The notes beneath the pieces are model-generated. The model was not told the DNA's origin, did no database searches, and saw only the letters and a list, made by a program, of their open reading frames with translations. A stretch of DNA of 64,000 nucleotides from Nitrospirota bacterium (lineage in GTDB: Bacteria; UBA2233), in assembly GCA_011620345.1 (NCBI GenBank), contig WOZJ01000018.1, forward strand, positions 1 to 64,000. Reading direction: 5' to 3'. Shown here piece after piece: positions 49,173-59,243 of the stretch. A program made the translations under genes and the position numbers. Each line of letters begins with the position of its first letter. The first letter of the stretch is position 1.

Positions 49173-49207
49173 GGAGCTTTTTGACCCGAAGGAACGCTTG
49201 AGCGCAG

Positions 49208-49717
49208 CTAAATGGATTGTTCGCCGTTCAAAGCCGCCTCGATTTCATTTAAAGCCCTATCCGTGCTACAGCGCTTGGCCACGGCGATTTCTTGTGCGAG
49301 CAGGGCCTTAGACGTGTTCAAGATACGCTTCTCTCCGAACGAAAGACATTTCGTTAACCCGACGCTAGAGAGGGTTCGGAGCACTTCAGCGATTTGTACC
49401 GTATTCCCCGTTTTGATCCGCTCCATGTATTCCCGGAAGCGCCTGTTCCAGCTCTGCTTATTGTGGTTGTTTTCGACCTTGACTACATCCGGCTCTTTCA
49501 AGATGGCCAGGATGCGTTCCGCAGTCTGCACGTCGACAACATGCCTAAGGCCAGCATGCTCGATCTTGTCTTCCGGGATTAAGATGCACATTTCCGCCCC
49601 TAAAGCCCTAAGAAGAAAAAACCGCTTGTTCACGCCAGACATTAATCTTTCAACAATTTTTTCTATTTTGCATACACCGTGCCCGGGATAAACGACGACT
49701 TCCCCAACTGCAAACAT
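49208..49717 (-). CDS. carD: CarD/CdnL family RNA-polymerase-binding regulator
   Basis: VVYPGHGV, WNRRFREYMERIKTG, LSFGEKR; carD-ispD-ispF-cysS synteny. Confidence 0.93.
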   Translation of the reverse strand: MFAVGEVVVYPGHGVCKIEKIVERLMSGVNKRFFLLRALGAEMCILIPEDKIEHAGLRHVVDVQTAERILAILKEPDVVKVENNHNKQSWNRRFREYMERIKTGNTVQIAEVLRTLSSVGLTKCLSFGEKRILNTSKALLAQEIAVAKRCSTDRALNEIEAALNGEQSI

Positions 49718-49770
49718 AACGAAAACCCGTGTCTTTGGGGGTTTTAGCCCGACTCAAGCTAGTTTTCTTT

Positions 49771-49799
49771 ATTTTAGTATGCTATGGAAAGTATGTCAA
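49771..49799 (-). promoter_or_regulatory. sigma70 promoter of the carD operon
   Basis: TTGACA-N17-TAAAAT; the -35 overlaps the dnaG stop codon. Confidence 0.82.
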
Positions 49800-51601
49800 C
49801 AAAACGCGTCTAGAGATTCATCCAATGCGGACCCTCCACGCTTTAGGGCTTCCACTATTGCTTTTTTCCTTATTAGCAACGTCTTGAGCGCAGCCATCTC
49901 CCCCTTTTGTTCGGCCTCCCTAATTTTTAGGTTAAGCTCCATGCTCATCCCCATCAAGACCTTGGCCCGAACCCTTGAGAGCAGCTCTTCAAATACTCCA
50001 TCTGCCGAGGCCTGGCTTAAGGAGGAGTACGCAAACGCCTCAAGGGCGTTCACAAAGCCTGTCAAGTAGGCTCCCGAAGCGCGTACTTCGGGAAGTTCCC
50101 GAAGGTTCTGCCAGAGCGGGCCCTGATCTTCTGGAAGGGAAAGCCGTTCCATGGCTTCCCACACCCTTACGAGACGATGGTCTCCGCCGCGCTTAAGAAA
50201 GTGGGAGAAGGGCCTAAATTTAGGGATATACTTTGGGAACTGGATCAAGAACGCGAGCACTAAAGAGAAAGGCTCCGGCCGTAACAACACCTCGCCTTTT
50301 GGCTCATTGGACTGCCCTTTTTGGTTGGACTTCAACCTAGGGGCAACACCCGGGAGAACAAGGCCGAATTGCTCTTTAAAGCGCTCCCAGAGGAAGGCGC
50401 GGTACATAGGCTCCGGACAGGCTTCCAAGAGGCGGTGGAACTCCCTGACAAGGGCGGCCCTTCCTTCAAGAGAAGATCCAAGCGTCTTAAGTCGCTCTAG
50501 AACGTAAAGGTCGACAAGGGGAACTCTGTTTGTGGCGTGCCTTTCGAAGCCTTCCTTGCCGTAGGCGCGCAAATAGCTATCGGGGTCATGACCGTCCGGA
50601 AGCGCCAGCGCATACCCCCAGATCCCCATCTCTACAAGCAGGGCAAAAGCCCGCACAAGCGCGGCAACTCCCGCCTTGTCGCCATCAAACAAAAGACAGA
50701 TGTTCGTGGCCTTTTTTGATAGCTTTTGGATATGCTCCTTGGAGAGCGCCACCCCAAGCGTTGCAACGACGTTCGAAAAGCCCGCCTGGAACATCGCCAG
50801 CACGTCGATGTAACCCTCTACGACGAATACGCTTCCAAGTTTGCGAATGGCCTCGTCTGCAAAGGAAAGCCCGTAGAGGGTATGCCCTTTCTTGAACAGC
50901 CGGCTTTCTTTTGTGTTGAGATATTTCGGAGCCTGGTTTGGCAAAAAGGCTCGCCCTCCGAACCCAATTACCCTACTCCGCTCGTCAAGGATCGGAAAGA
51001 CGACCCGCATTCCTAAGGGATCACGGTAGCCGCCCGTATCGGCGGGTTGCAACACGCCGACCTCCACGGCCTGCTCGAGGGGTATCTCCGCTCGCTCGAG
51101 CGTGGCAACAATGCCTTTCGGATCCCTAGGCGCAAACCCCAGGCAAAACTTTTCTTGGGTTTCTTTCGATAGGCCACGATCTTCTAAGTATCGGCGAGCC
51201 CCCTCTCCTATGCGAGGATGGGCAAGGCAAGCGCTGTAGAAAGCCTGGACGGCCTTCAGACAGTCCCAATCCTGCCGGGATTGAGCCTGATCTTGATCCC
51301 AGGCCTTTGGAAGGCCGTTCTCGAGCCCCACACGCCTGGCAAGCTCCTCGATGGCTTCCCGAAAGGAAAGCCCTTTGATCGTCATATAGAAGGATAGGAT
51401 ATCGCCCGTTTTACGGCAGCCGAAACAGTAATAGAACTGTCCGTCTGGGTTTACCGTAAAAGATGGAGTTTTTTCTTCATGGAACGGGCATAGCCCGAAA
51501 AGACGGGAACCCCGCTGGACAAGCTGGACATATTCTCCTACCAGCTCTTCCAGCGGGAGACGTTGCTTGATGAGCTCGGCGAGTGGCGGAGGGTACGCCA
51601 T
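49796..51601 (-). CDS. dnaG: DNA primase
   Basis: CPFHEEKTPSF..YCFGC zinc finger, KYLN, VEGYIDV, FDGDKAG, DPD. Confidence 0.97.
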   Translation of the reverse strand: MAYPPPLAELIKQRLPLEELVGEYVQLVQRGSRLFGLCPFHEEKTPSFTVNPDGQFYYCFGCRKTGDILSFYMTIKGLSFREAIEELARRVGLENGLPKAWDQDQAQSRQDWDCLKAVQAFYSACLAHPRIGEGARRYLEDRGLSKETQEKFCLGFAPRDPKGIVATLERAEIPLEQAVEVGVLQPADTGGYRDPLGMRVVFPILDERSRVIGFGGRAFLPNQAPKYLNTKESRLFKKGHTLYGLSFADEAIRKLGSVFVVEGYIDVLAMFQAGFSNVVATLGVALSKEHIQKLSKKATNICLLFDGDKAGVAALVRAFALLVEMGIWGYALALPDGHDPDSYLRAYGKEGFERHATNRVPLVDLYVLERLKTLGSSLEGRAALVREFHRLLEACPEPMYRAFLWERFKEQFGLVLPGVAPRLKSNQKGQSNEPKGEVLLRPEPFSLVLAFLIQFPKYIPKFRPFSHFLKRGGDHRLVRVWEAMERLSLPEDQGPLWQNLRELPEVRASGAYLTGFVNALEAFAYSSLSQASADGVFEELLSRVRAKVLMGMSMELNLKIREAEQKGEMAALKTLLIRKKAIVEALKRGGSALDESLDAFC

Positions 51602-51613
51602 CGCGGACTTCTT

Positions 51614-52057
51614 CTAGGGAAACAAGCGCTGAAGGACCTGCTGAACCCGCTTGCCTTCTGCCCTACCCTCGGCCCGCTCAAGGACAAGCCGGGTCAAGGG
51701 CTGCGCTTCTTTAAGGGAGGTCGCGCCATGCTCTTCAAGAACATCCTGAACTAGACGTTCGAGCTGCTCCTCGCTAAGCTGCTGAGGAAGGTAAGCTTCC
51801 AGGATCTTTGCCTCTTCGGCCTCCTGGTCTGCCAAATCCTGCCTCCCTCCCGCGCGGTATGCCTCAATCGATTCTTGGCGCTGCTTTACGAGCATTTGAA
51901 CCACACGCAGTTCTTCTTGCGTCGTAAGCCCCCTGCCTTCTTCGATTTCTTTGTTGCGAAGGGCCGCCTTCAGCATGCGAAGCGTCGAAACCTTGAGTTT
52001 TTCCCCGGCCTTCAAGGCCGTCTTGTACTCTTGCTCGAGTTCCTCTTTAAGGCCCAT
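51614..52057 (-). CDS. yqeY: GatB/YqeY domain protein
   Basis: [17 protein letters not shown]...GRQDLA..E..E, YLPQQLS; follows rpsU. Confidence 0.92.
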   Translation of the reverse strand: MGLKEELEQEYKTALKAGEKLKVSTLRMLKAALRNKEIEEGRGLTTQEELRVVQMLVKQRQESIEAYRAGGRQDLADQEAEEAKILEAYLPQQLSEEQLERLVQDVLEEHGATSLKEAQPLTRLVLERAEGRAEGKRVQQVLQRLFP

Positions 52058-52274
52058 GGCTTCCAGCTCCCTGAAGCCGTCTTTGGCGTTGCTTTTCCCT
52101 CCGAATCACGCGCTTCCTTGCCGCAAGCGCTTTGCGTTTGCGCTTGATCGAGGGCTTCTCGTAGTACTCCCGCCTGTAGACTTCCGAGAGGATTCCCGCT
52201 TTTTCACATTGCTTCTTAAAGCGCTTGAGTGCAGTTTCAAACGATTCATTGTCGCTAATCACAACATACGTCAT
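52047..52274 (-). CDS. rpsU: 30S ribosomal protein S21
   Basis: [31 protein letters not shown]. Confidence 0.97.
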   Translation of the reverse strand: MTYVVISDNESFETALKRFKKQCEKAGILSEVYRREYYEKPSIKRKRKALAARKRVIRREKQRQRRLQGAGSHGP

Positions 52275-52310
52275 CCTAAGGCCATCACCTCCTTCCGTTA
52301 AATCAAGGAC

Positions 52311-52363
52311 AAAAAAACTCCCCTTCGCCGCTCTAGTTCTTAAGGGTAGCGCCGAAGGAAGAG
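52311..52363 (-). terminator. putative intrinsic terminator of the nuo operon
   Basis: Imperfect stem CTCTTCCTTCG...CGAAGGGGAG followed by T7. Confidence 0.6.
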
Positions 52364-52371
52364 CGTGTCAA
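52343..52371 (-). promoter_or_regulatory. putative sigma70 promoter of rpsU-yqeY-dnaG
   Basis: TTGACA-N17-TACCCT, overlapping the 5' arm of the terminator. Confidence 0.6.
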
Positions 52372-52383
52372 ACGAGACACCGG

Positions 52384-53859
52384 CTAAGGAAGGCGCGCGA
52401 TCGTACCCGGCTGAAGCATGCTCTGCGAAAACGCCCCTTGAAATGCCGCAATGGGCGAAGAAACGAAACAGCCAAACCAAAGGACAAGGACTGCGCAGGC
52501 TGCTACGGCTACCTTCGCTCCAAACCCCTTGGGCGGGATGATCACAGCCCGAGCCTCGGGCATCATGAACAGTGCGACAAGGACGCGTAAGTAATACCCT
52601 AGGGATATGACGCTGTTTAGTACTCCGATTACGGCTAGCACGGGCATTCCCGCCGAAAGCGCAGCGGCAAACAGGTAATATTTCCCGACAAAGCCGGCCG
52701 TTGGCGGAATCCCTATCATCGAAAGGATGAACAACGCCATCGCCACCCCCAAGAATGGGTGGCGAAGTCCCATCCCCCTGAGGTCATCCAACGTCACGTT
52801 CTCTTCGCCACGTTGACCGAACGCAATCACGACCGCAAACGCGCCCACGTTCATGAACGTGTATGCCAGCAGATAGTAAAGAACTCCTTGCTGACCAAGG
52901 GCGTTAAAGCTAAGCAACCCAACCAGGAGGTACCCTGCGTGTGCGATGCTGGAAAAGGCAAGAAGACGTTTGATATTCGTTTGGTACAACGCCCCCAGGT
53001 TTCCGGCAAACATGGTAAGCACGGCTACAAGCCATCCAAAAGGCTTAAGGACGGGAAGGATATCGGGCGGAAGAGAAAAGAGGATACGTATCAGCGCTCC
53101 AAACGCGGCAACCTTGACAAAGGTCGCCATAAACGCCGTGATCGTTGTCGGCGCTCCCTCGTAGACATCCGGGACCCATGCATGGAAAGGCGCAAGGCCC
53201 GCCTTGAAGGCGAGCCCGCACAAAAGGAGAGCGAGGCCGAAGGCACACATTAGCCCATGCCGATTCGAGGAGATAGCGAGTGCAGCCAGCCCTTCAAGGT
53301 TTACAGTGCCGAGCGCACCGTAGAGGAAAGAAATGCCGTAGAGCATGACAGCGCTAAAGAATGCTCCAAGGTAAAAATATTTTAGCCCGGCCTCTGGCGA
53401 TTTTCCAAAGTTCCGCTTAAGCCCGCAGAGCACGTACAGCGGCATGCTTAACACCTCAAGCCCGAGGAACAAGGTCAAAAGGCTTGCAGCTTTGAACATA
53501 AAAAACCCGCCGACCAGGCTAAGGAAGACAAGCCCGTAGTATTCCGCCTTGTGTATCCCTTCTCTCGAGAGATAGGCAGGGGACATGAAAAGCACCAGCA
53601 GGCCGGAAATAAGGCTGAACAGCCCTAGGAACGCGCCCAATCGATCGGAAACGACCAAGCCGTAGAAAGATCGCGCAACACCGTCGATGCCAGACGAACT
53701 AAGTGAAAACCCTCCCAACGCTATTAGGGCCAAAACAGCGACCGCCCATGCGCCCGTCGGACTCGTGTTTGGCCGTTGCCATGCCCCCAGCAAGATAAAC
53801 AAAAGCGCAAGGAGAGACAACGCAACTTCTACTGCGACAAGGCCAACTCGAAAATCCAT
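52384..53859 (-). CDS. nuoN: NADH-quinone oxidoreductase subunit N
   Basis: EAGLKYF, FKAGLAPFHAWVPDVYEGAP, KRLLAFSSIAHAGY, GIPPTAGF. Confidence 0.96.
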   Translation of the reverse strand: MDFRVGLVAVEVALSLLALLFILLGAWQRPNTSPTGAWAVAVLALIALGGFSLSSSGIDGVARSFYGLVVSDRLGAFLGLFSLISGLLVLFMSPAYLSREGIHKAEYYGLVFLSLVGGFFMFKAASLLTLFLGLEVLSMPLYVLCGLKRNFGKSPEAGLKYFYLGAFFSAVMLYGISFLYGALGTVNLEGLAALAISSNRHGLMCAFGLALLLCGLAFKAGLAPFHAWVPDVYEGAPTTITAFMATFVKVAAFGALIRILFSLPPDILPVLKPFGWLVAVLTMFAGNLGALYQTNIKRLLAFSSIAHAGYLLVGLLSFNALGQQGVLYYLLAYTFMNVGAFAVVIAFGQRGEENVTLDDLRGMGLRHPFLGVAMALFILSMIGIPPTAGFVGKYYLFAAALSAGMPVLAVIGVLNSVISLGYYLRVLVALFMMPEARAVIIPPKGFGAKVAVAACAVLVLWFGCFVSSPIAAFQGAFSQSMLQPGTIARLP

Positions 53860-53862
53860 AGG

Positions 53863-55416
53863 CTACCCTTCCCTTGAGCCGTTGTGGGCGACGATTCCGG
53901 CGGGCCTGTAAGGCTTAACCCCAGGAACGTTGACCTCCTCGAGGATCCGGCTCAGGCTTGGCTCGAGCCTTCCCAAAAATGGGGCCGGGAACAGGCCAAT
54001 CCAAACAAACGAGGCAACAAGGGGAGCCATTACGGCAACCTCGCGAAACGATAGATCCCTTAGTACGCGGTTAGCCTCGTTTCGAATAGGGCCGTAGAAG
54101 ACCTTCTGGACGGCTTGAAGCAAGTACCAGGCCCCTAGTATGACCCCAGTACCCGCGAGAACGCCGACAATCGGCTGGTTCAAGAAGCTGCCAAGAAGAA
54201 TATTCCATTCCCCGATGAACCCGTTTAGGGCTGGCAAGCCGATAGACGAGAGCGTGGTGACCAAAAACAGGGTTGCATACTTAGGCATCAGGCTCCCGAT
54301 ACCGCCGAACTCGTCTAAGAGGCGCGTATGCCTCCTTTCGTAGATCATGCCGACCAAAAAGAACAAGCCGCCGGTAGAGAGCCCGTGGTTCACCATCTGA
54401 AGCATAGAACCTTGGTAGGCCAGAAGGTTAAAAGAGAATAAGCCAACGATGACGAACCCCAAATGGCTAACGCTCGAGTAGGCGACAAGCTTTTTAATAT
54501 CCGGCTGTACCATGGCAACCAGCGCCCCGTACACGATCCCAACGACGCCAAGGCCGAGCATCCACGGGGCGACCTCTCTGGCAACGTCTGGAAACAGAGG
54601 AATGGCAAATCGAAGGAAGCCGTACGTTCCCATCTTAAGCAAAACACCCGCTAAAATCACGCTTCCTACGGTCGGTGCTTCCACGTGGGCATCCGGAAGC
54701 CAGGTGTGAAAAGGAAAAACAGGGACCTTGATCGCAAACGCGAGCGCGAACGCAGAGAATAAGACAGCTTGCGTTGCAAAGGCCATGTCTAGCTGATACC
54801 AATCTAGTACGCTGAAAGACCATACGCCCGTCTGAGCGTGGTAGGTGTATCCACTGTAGAAAATGGCTAGCAGCATGAGCACGCTGCCCAGCATCGTATA
54901 CGCAAAGAACTTCATTGAGGCATATATCCTTCGCTCCCCGCCCCATATTCCGATGATGAAATACATCGGAACAAGGACGGCATCCCAGAATACGTAAAAC
55001 AGGAACATATCCAGGCTGGCAAACGTTCCTGTAATGGCGGCCTGCTCGAAAAGAAGGCACACGAGGAGCGGCTTGAGGCGCTGGACTGAATCTCCCAGGC
55101 TAAGAACGCACAGGGGAAACAAGAGGGCGGTCAGAAGAATCAAGAACAAGCTGATTCCATCCGCGCCCAATTGGTACCGAATTCCCAATGCGGGCATCCA
55201 ATCAAGGCTTTCGAGCAGGACAAAGCCACCTCGGACCGAGGAAGAATCATACGCACAAAAGGCCCAGGCAGCAACGGAAAGCTCTACCAGCCCCCCCAAA
55301 AAAGCAAGGGTTTTCAGCGTGCCCTTCGAAGAGCCCGGAACAAAGACCAAGGCGATCGCAAGCACGACGGGGAAAAATATTAAGAACGATAGGCAAGGAA
55401 AACCTGCTACTTCCAT
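53863..55416 (-). CDS. nuoM: NADH-quinone oxidoreductase subunit M
   Basis: DGISL, FPFHTWLPDAHVEAPT, LKMGTYG, AYSSVSHLG. Confidence 0.96.
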   Translation of the reverse strand: MEVAGFPCLSFLIFFPVVLAIALVFVPGSSKGTLKTLAFLGGLVELSVAAWAFCAYDSSSVRGGFVLLESLDWMPALGIRYQLGADGISLFLILLTALLFPLCVLSLGDSVQRLKPLLVCLLFEQAAITGTFASLDMFLFYVFWDAVLVPMYFIIGIWGGERRIYASMKFFAYTMLGSVLMLLAIFYSGYTYHAQTGVWSFSVLDWYQLDMAFATQAVLFSAFALAFAIKVPVFPFHTWLPDAHVEAPTVGSVILAGVLLKMGTYGFLRFAIPLFPDVAREVAPWMLGLGVVGIVYGALVAMVQPDIKKLVAYSSVSHLGFVIVGLFSFNLLAYQGSMLQMVNHGLSTGGLFFLVGMIYERRHTRLLDEFGGIGSLMPKYATLFLVTTLSSIGLPALNGFIGEWNILLGSFLNQPIVGVLAGTGVILGAWYLLQAVQKVFYGPIRNEANRVLRDLSFREVAVMAPLVASFVWIGLFPAPFLGRLEPSLSRILEEVNVPGVKPYRPAGIVAHNGSREG

Positions 55417-55426
55417 GCACGCACCC

Positions 55427-57328
55427 TCAAAGCAAAAATGTCAGACACACCACGAGCACAGCGAGCGACGCAAACGCCATGAGGGCGTAGAATTGAACGT
55501 TGCCGTTTTGGAGAACGCGTACGCCCGCGCCTGCGGCGAACGTCAGGTAGGCCATCGCGTTGACCAGCCCGTCGATGAAGAACACGTCCACGACTCTCCA
55601 TAGCCCCTGCGCAAGCAGGACGATTGGCCTAACCACGAGCGCATTATAGATTTCATCCACCCAGTATTTATTCCATAACAGCCGATAGCCCCTCGAGAAC
55701 ATCTGGCCCACCAAATAGGGTAACCCCGGGTAACGGAGGTAAAACACGTACGCTAGAAGGATGCCAAACAATGCCACGCCTAGGCTTACCGCCATCAGCG
55801 CAAATTCAGGGATGGGGGAGGCATGAGCCTCGTGGTGCGGCATGGGCAAAACACTCGACAAAAAGCCGCTGAATCGCGCAAGGGATTCAGACCCTGGAAT
55901 TTCGACGAACCCGGACACGAGTGACCCTAGGGCCAAAACAACCAACGCAACGGCCATCTTAGGGCTTGCATCGTGCAGATGCTCATACGTATGCTTCTCT
56001 AGCCTGGTCTCTCCGTGAAACGCCAAGAAGATCACTCGAAACATGTAGAATGCCGTCATGAACGCCCCGAGGACTCCTAGCGCCCAAAAAATAGGCCCAT
56101 AATGGATCCATAGCGCCGAAAGGATTGCATCTTTGCTGAAAAACCCGGCAAAGGGAAAGATGCCCGAGAGCGCCAACGCTCCAACAAGGAACGTCCAGTA
56201 CGTAAGGGGCATTTTTTGTTTGAGCCCTCCCATCTTTTGGACGTCAAGTTCCCCGTGGAGCGCGTGCATCACAACACCGGAACCCAAGAACAAGCAGGCC
56301 TTGAAGAACGCGTGAGTGAACACGTGGAATACGCCGTAAGAAAAAGCCTGGGCGCCCAAAGCCGCGAACATGTAGCCGAGCTGGGATATCGTTGAATAGG
56401 CAAGCACGCGCTTCATGTCGTTTTGGACGAGGGCAATGCTGGCGGCCAAAAGAAGCGTCAAGACGCCAATCAGGGTCACCACGAACAACGCGGGGGGAGA
56501 AAGGAGGTAAAGAGGATGAACCCTGGCGACCATGTACACTCCCGCAGTCACCATCGTCGCCGCATGGATGAGCGCCGAGACGGGTGTGGGGCCTTGCATC
56601 GCGTCGGGCAGCCAAACGTACAAGGGAATCTGGGCGGATTTTCCCGTAGCGCCGACAAAAAGAAGCAACGGGATCGCGTGGACAAGCCATGCCGATCCAC
56701 GGAGCACCTCCGGGGCCCTTGAAAGCACATCGTGAAACGAGAGCGTCCCGAAGGCGTACACGATGCAGAACATTCCAACCAAAAACCCAAGGTCCCCGAT
56801 ACGATTCACAAGGAACGCCTTTTTGCCGGCGTTTGCGTTGACGTCCTCCATGTACCAAAACCCTATCAACAGGTAGGAGCAAAGGCCGACTCCTTCCCAG
56901 CCGATGAACATCAACAAGAAATTATCCGCAAGAACCAAAAGCAACATCGCCGTCATAAAGAGGTTGAGGTATGCGAAATACCGGCCAAAGCCTGGGTCGT
57001 CTTTCATGTAATCCGAGGAGTAGAGATGGATAAAAAACCCGACGAACGTGACGACCGCGATCATAACCATAGAGAGCGCATCCAGGCGCAGCGCGAAGGG
57101 AATCTTCAACGTACCTATGCTCATCCAGGTGTAGAGCGTCTCGACAAAGGCGCGCTCGCCTTCCGGACTGGAGAAGAACCGCCCGCCCAAAAGCAGCATC
57201 CACAGAAGCGAAAGCCCGACGGATCCCACGCCCACCCAAGCGATCGTACGCTTCGAGAACCGGCCTCCAAAAAGGCCGTTTACCAGAGCGCCCAACAAAG
57301 GAAACAGAAGAATAGGGAGGATCGCCAT
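55427..57328 (-). CDS. nuoL: NADH-quinone oxidoreductase subunit L
   Basis: GWEGVGLCSYLLIGFW, NRIGD, GKSAQIPLYVWLPDAMQGPTPVSALIHAATMV, HAFFKA. Confidence 0.97.
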   Translation of the reverse strand: MAILPILLFPLLGALVNGLFGGRFSKRTIAWVGVGSVGLSLLWMLLLGGRFFSSPEGERAFVETLYTWMSIGTLKIPFALRLDALSMVMIAVVTFVGFFIHLYSSDYMKDDPGFGRYFAYLNLFMTAMLLLVLADNFLLMFIGWEGVGLCSYLLIGFWYMEDVNANAGKKAFLVNRIGDLGFLVGMFCIVYAFGTLSFHDVLSRAPEVLRGSAWLVHAIPLLLFVGATGKSAQIPLYVWLPDAMQGPTPVSALIHAATMVTAGVYMVARVHPLYLLSPPALFVVTLIGVLTLLLAASIALVQNDMKRVLAYSTISQLGYMFAALGAQAFSYGVFHVFTHAFFKACLFLGSGVVMHALHGELDVQKMGGLKQKMPLTYWTFLVGALALSGIFPFAGFFSKDAILSALWIHYGPIFWALGVLGAFMTAFYMFRVIFLAFHGETRLEKHTYEHLHDASPKMAVALVVLALGSLVSGFVEIPGSESLARFSGFLSSVLPMPHHEAHASPIPEFALMAVSLGVALFGILLAYVFYLRYPGLPYLVGQMFSRGYRLLWNKYWVDEIYNALVVRPIVLLAQGLWRVVDVFFIDGLVNAMAYLTFAAGAGVRVLQNGNVQFYALMAFASLAVLVVCLTFLL

Positions 57329-57339
57329 GGCTAAAGCCT

Positions 57340-57642
57340 CTAGCCTTGCATCAGGTTAATGTTGTCGACGTTAATCGTCTTCCTTGTACGGTACAGCAAA
57401 AGGACAAAAGCAAGCCCGATCGCCGCCTCGGCGGCCGCAACCACCATGACCATAAAAACAAAAACCTGCCCTTCGCTCTGGCCTAACTGCCTTGCGAACG
57501 CGAGGAACTGAAGGTTCACGGCGTTGAGCATAATCTCGACCGCCATGAGAATGACGATCAAATCCCTGCGGACGACGACGCCAACCGCACCGATAAGGAA
57601 AAGGATCGCCGCAACAAACATGTAGGAAGAAGGTCCGGCCAT
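57340..57642 (-). CDS. nuoK: NADH-quinone oxidoreductase subunit K
   Basis: LMAVEIMLNAVN, GQVF, VAAAEAAIGLA. Confidence 0.96.
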   Translation of the reverse strand: MAGPSSYMFVAAILFLIGAVGVVVRRDLIVILMAVEIMLNAVNLQFLAFARQLGQSEGQVFVFMVMVVAAAEAAIGLAFVLLLYRTRKTINVDNINLMQG

Positions 57643-57654
57643 GTAACGCCCCTT

Positions 57655-58146
57655 TTATACCTTTCGCTTGGCTAACAGAACGGCACCCACAATCCCTACG
57701 AGCAACACAAGCGATGTCAGCTCGAACGCCAACGCGTATTCTCGAAAAAGCGGGACGGCTATGGAGCGAACGTCCCCAAACCCTCGAGAGGTCGGCATGA
57801 AGCCTTCTTTGGTCGGAAAAAACTTGCCCGCCAGGAAAAGTAGCGCCACCGCTCCAAACGCGACTCCCCAAGCCCTCGTGCCGCCGAGCGCAAGAGGAGG
57901 AAGCTCTTCCTGGGGAAGGTTCAGTATCATGATGATGAAGCTAAACAGGACCATGACGGCACCGGCGTAGACCAACACCTGAATCACAGCAATAAAGTGT
58001 GCATCCAACAAAAGAAACAGGCAGGCTAGCGCTAACATGCTGCCCATCAAGAACACAGCGCTTACCACTGGATTCTTTTTGAAGACGACTCCTAAAGCGC
58101 AACCTACGGCCAGGGCAGAAAACAGCCAGAAGAACACCGCCTGCAT
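57655..58146 (-). CDS. nuoJ: NADH-quinone oxidoreductase subunit J
   Basis: NPVVSA, QVLVYAGAVMVLF, FELTSLVLL; ATG start at 58146. Confidence 0.95.
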   Translation of the reverse strand: MQAVFFWLFSALAVGCALGVVFKKNPVVSAVFLMGSMLALACLFLLLDAHFIAVIQVLVYAGAVMVLFSFIIMILNLPQEELPPLALGGTRAWGVAFGAVALLFLAGKFFPTKEGFMPTSRGFGDVRSIAVPLFREYALAFELTSLVLLVGIVGAVLLAKRKV

Positions 58147-58151
58147 AACCT

Positions 58152-59240
58152 TTACCCCTTCACGGCCAAAACCGCCACCGCAGTAACGGCGATGTTCAGC
58201 AGAACCAAGGGAAGGAGAACCTTCCAACACAAGCTCATGACTTGATCGTACCGGAACCTGGGCAAGGTCCAGCGAATCTGCATCAACAGCCACAAGAAGA
58301 TAACAACCTTAAGGCAGAAGGTAAGAAGTTGTAAGAGCGGAACCCAAAGCCCGGAAATATGCACGACCCCTACCAAAGGAAGGGCCAACCCCCTTGCAAC
58401 ATCTACCGGTAGCTGCCATCCGCCAAAGAAGAGCGTGGCGCTTAGACCGGCCACCAGAACCATTTCGCAAAACTCAGAGAACAGGAAGGCCGCGTATTTC
58501 ATTCCAGAGTATTCCGTGAAATACCCGGCTACGATCTCAGATTCTCCTTCAGGGAGGTCAAAAGGCATCCTTTTGGTCTCCGCAAACGCCGCCGTAAAGT
58601 ATAATAGAAACCCTACCGGCTGCACAAAGACGCCCCACCTGGGAATAAATCCCAACCAATAGCCGCCCTGCGCGCGAACAATCTCGTTCAAATCGAGCGT
58701 GCCGTACACCAAAAGAATACCGATCACCGAGAGCCCAAGCACAACCTCGTAAGAGAACATCTGTGCTGCCCCCCTTAGGGCACCGAGCAGGCTGTAGCGG
58801 TTGTCCGATGCCCAGCCGGCGAGCGTAATGCCGTAAACGGATAACGAGGCAATGGCAAACACAAGCACGACGCCGGCGTTGATGTCGCTCACCCTAAGAG
58901 ATACTTCTCTCCCTAAAACGTGCACGTTGTCTCCAAACGGGATTACGGCGAACGTCATCAGTGCCGGCACGATGGCCAGGGCAGGTGAGAGCACGAACAA
59001 TACGCGATGTCCATGCAAAGGAACAAAATCTTCTTTTGTAAACAGCTTCAAGGCATCGGCGATCGGGTGGAACAGCCCGATCATACGTACCCCGAAGATG
59101 CTTGCCCTATTCGCCCCGATTCGGTCCTGGAGGACCGCGGATTGCTTGCGCTCTACCCAGGTCAAAATACCTGCTATGCCGAGCACGAACAGGAACATGA
59201 ACAGGACTTTGCAGGTTACGATCAACAGGTCAATCCACAT
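58152..59240 (-). CDS. nuoH: NADH-quinone oxidoreductase subunit H
   Basis: ERKQSA..QDRIG, ADALKLFTKE, AQMFSYE, PFDLPEGESE, TLPRFRYDQ. Confidence 0.97.
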   Translation of the reverse strand: MWIDLLIVTCKVLFMFLFVLGIAGILTWVERKQSAVLQDRIGANRASIFGVRMIGLFHPIADALKLFTKEDFVPLHGHRVLFVLSPALAIVPALMTFAVIPFGDNVHVLGREVSLRVSDINAGVVLVFAIASLSVYGITLAGWASDNRYSLLGALRGAAQMFSYEVVLGLSVIGILLVYGTLDLNEIVRAQGGYWLGFIPRWGVFVQPVGFLLYFTAAFAETKRMPFDLPEGESEIVAGYFTEYSGMKYAAFLFSEFCEMVLVAGLSATLFFGGWQLPVDVARGLALPLVGVVHISGLWVPLLQLLTFCLKVVIFLWLLMQIRWTLPRFRYDQVMSLCWKVLLPLVLLNIAVTAVAVLAVKG

Positions 59241-59243
59241 ACC

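Noticed and set aside
58146-58293. Long N-terminal extensions in the ORF track (nuoJ here; also nuoG, PGM, HprK-B, hisS and uvrC)
   Set aside because: They overlap upstream genes and lack homology; downstream ATGs fit the family starts.
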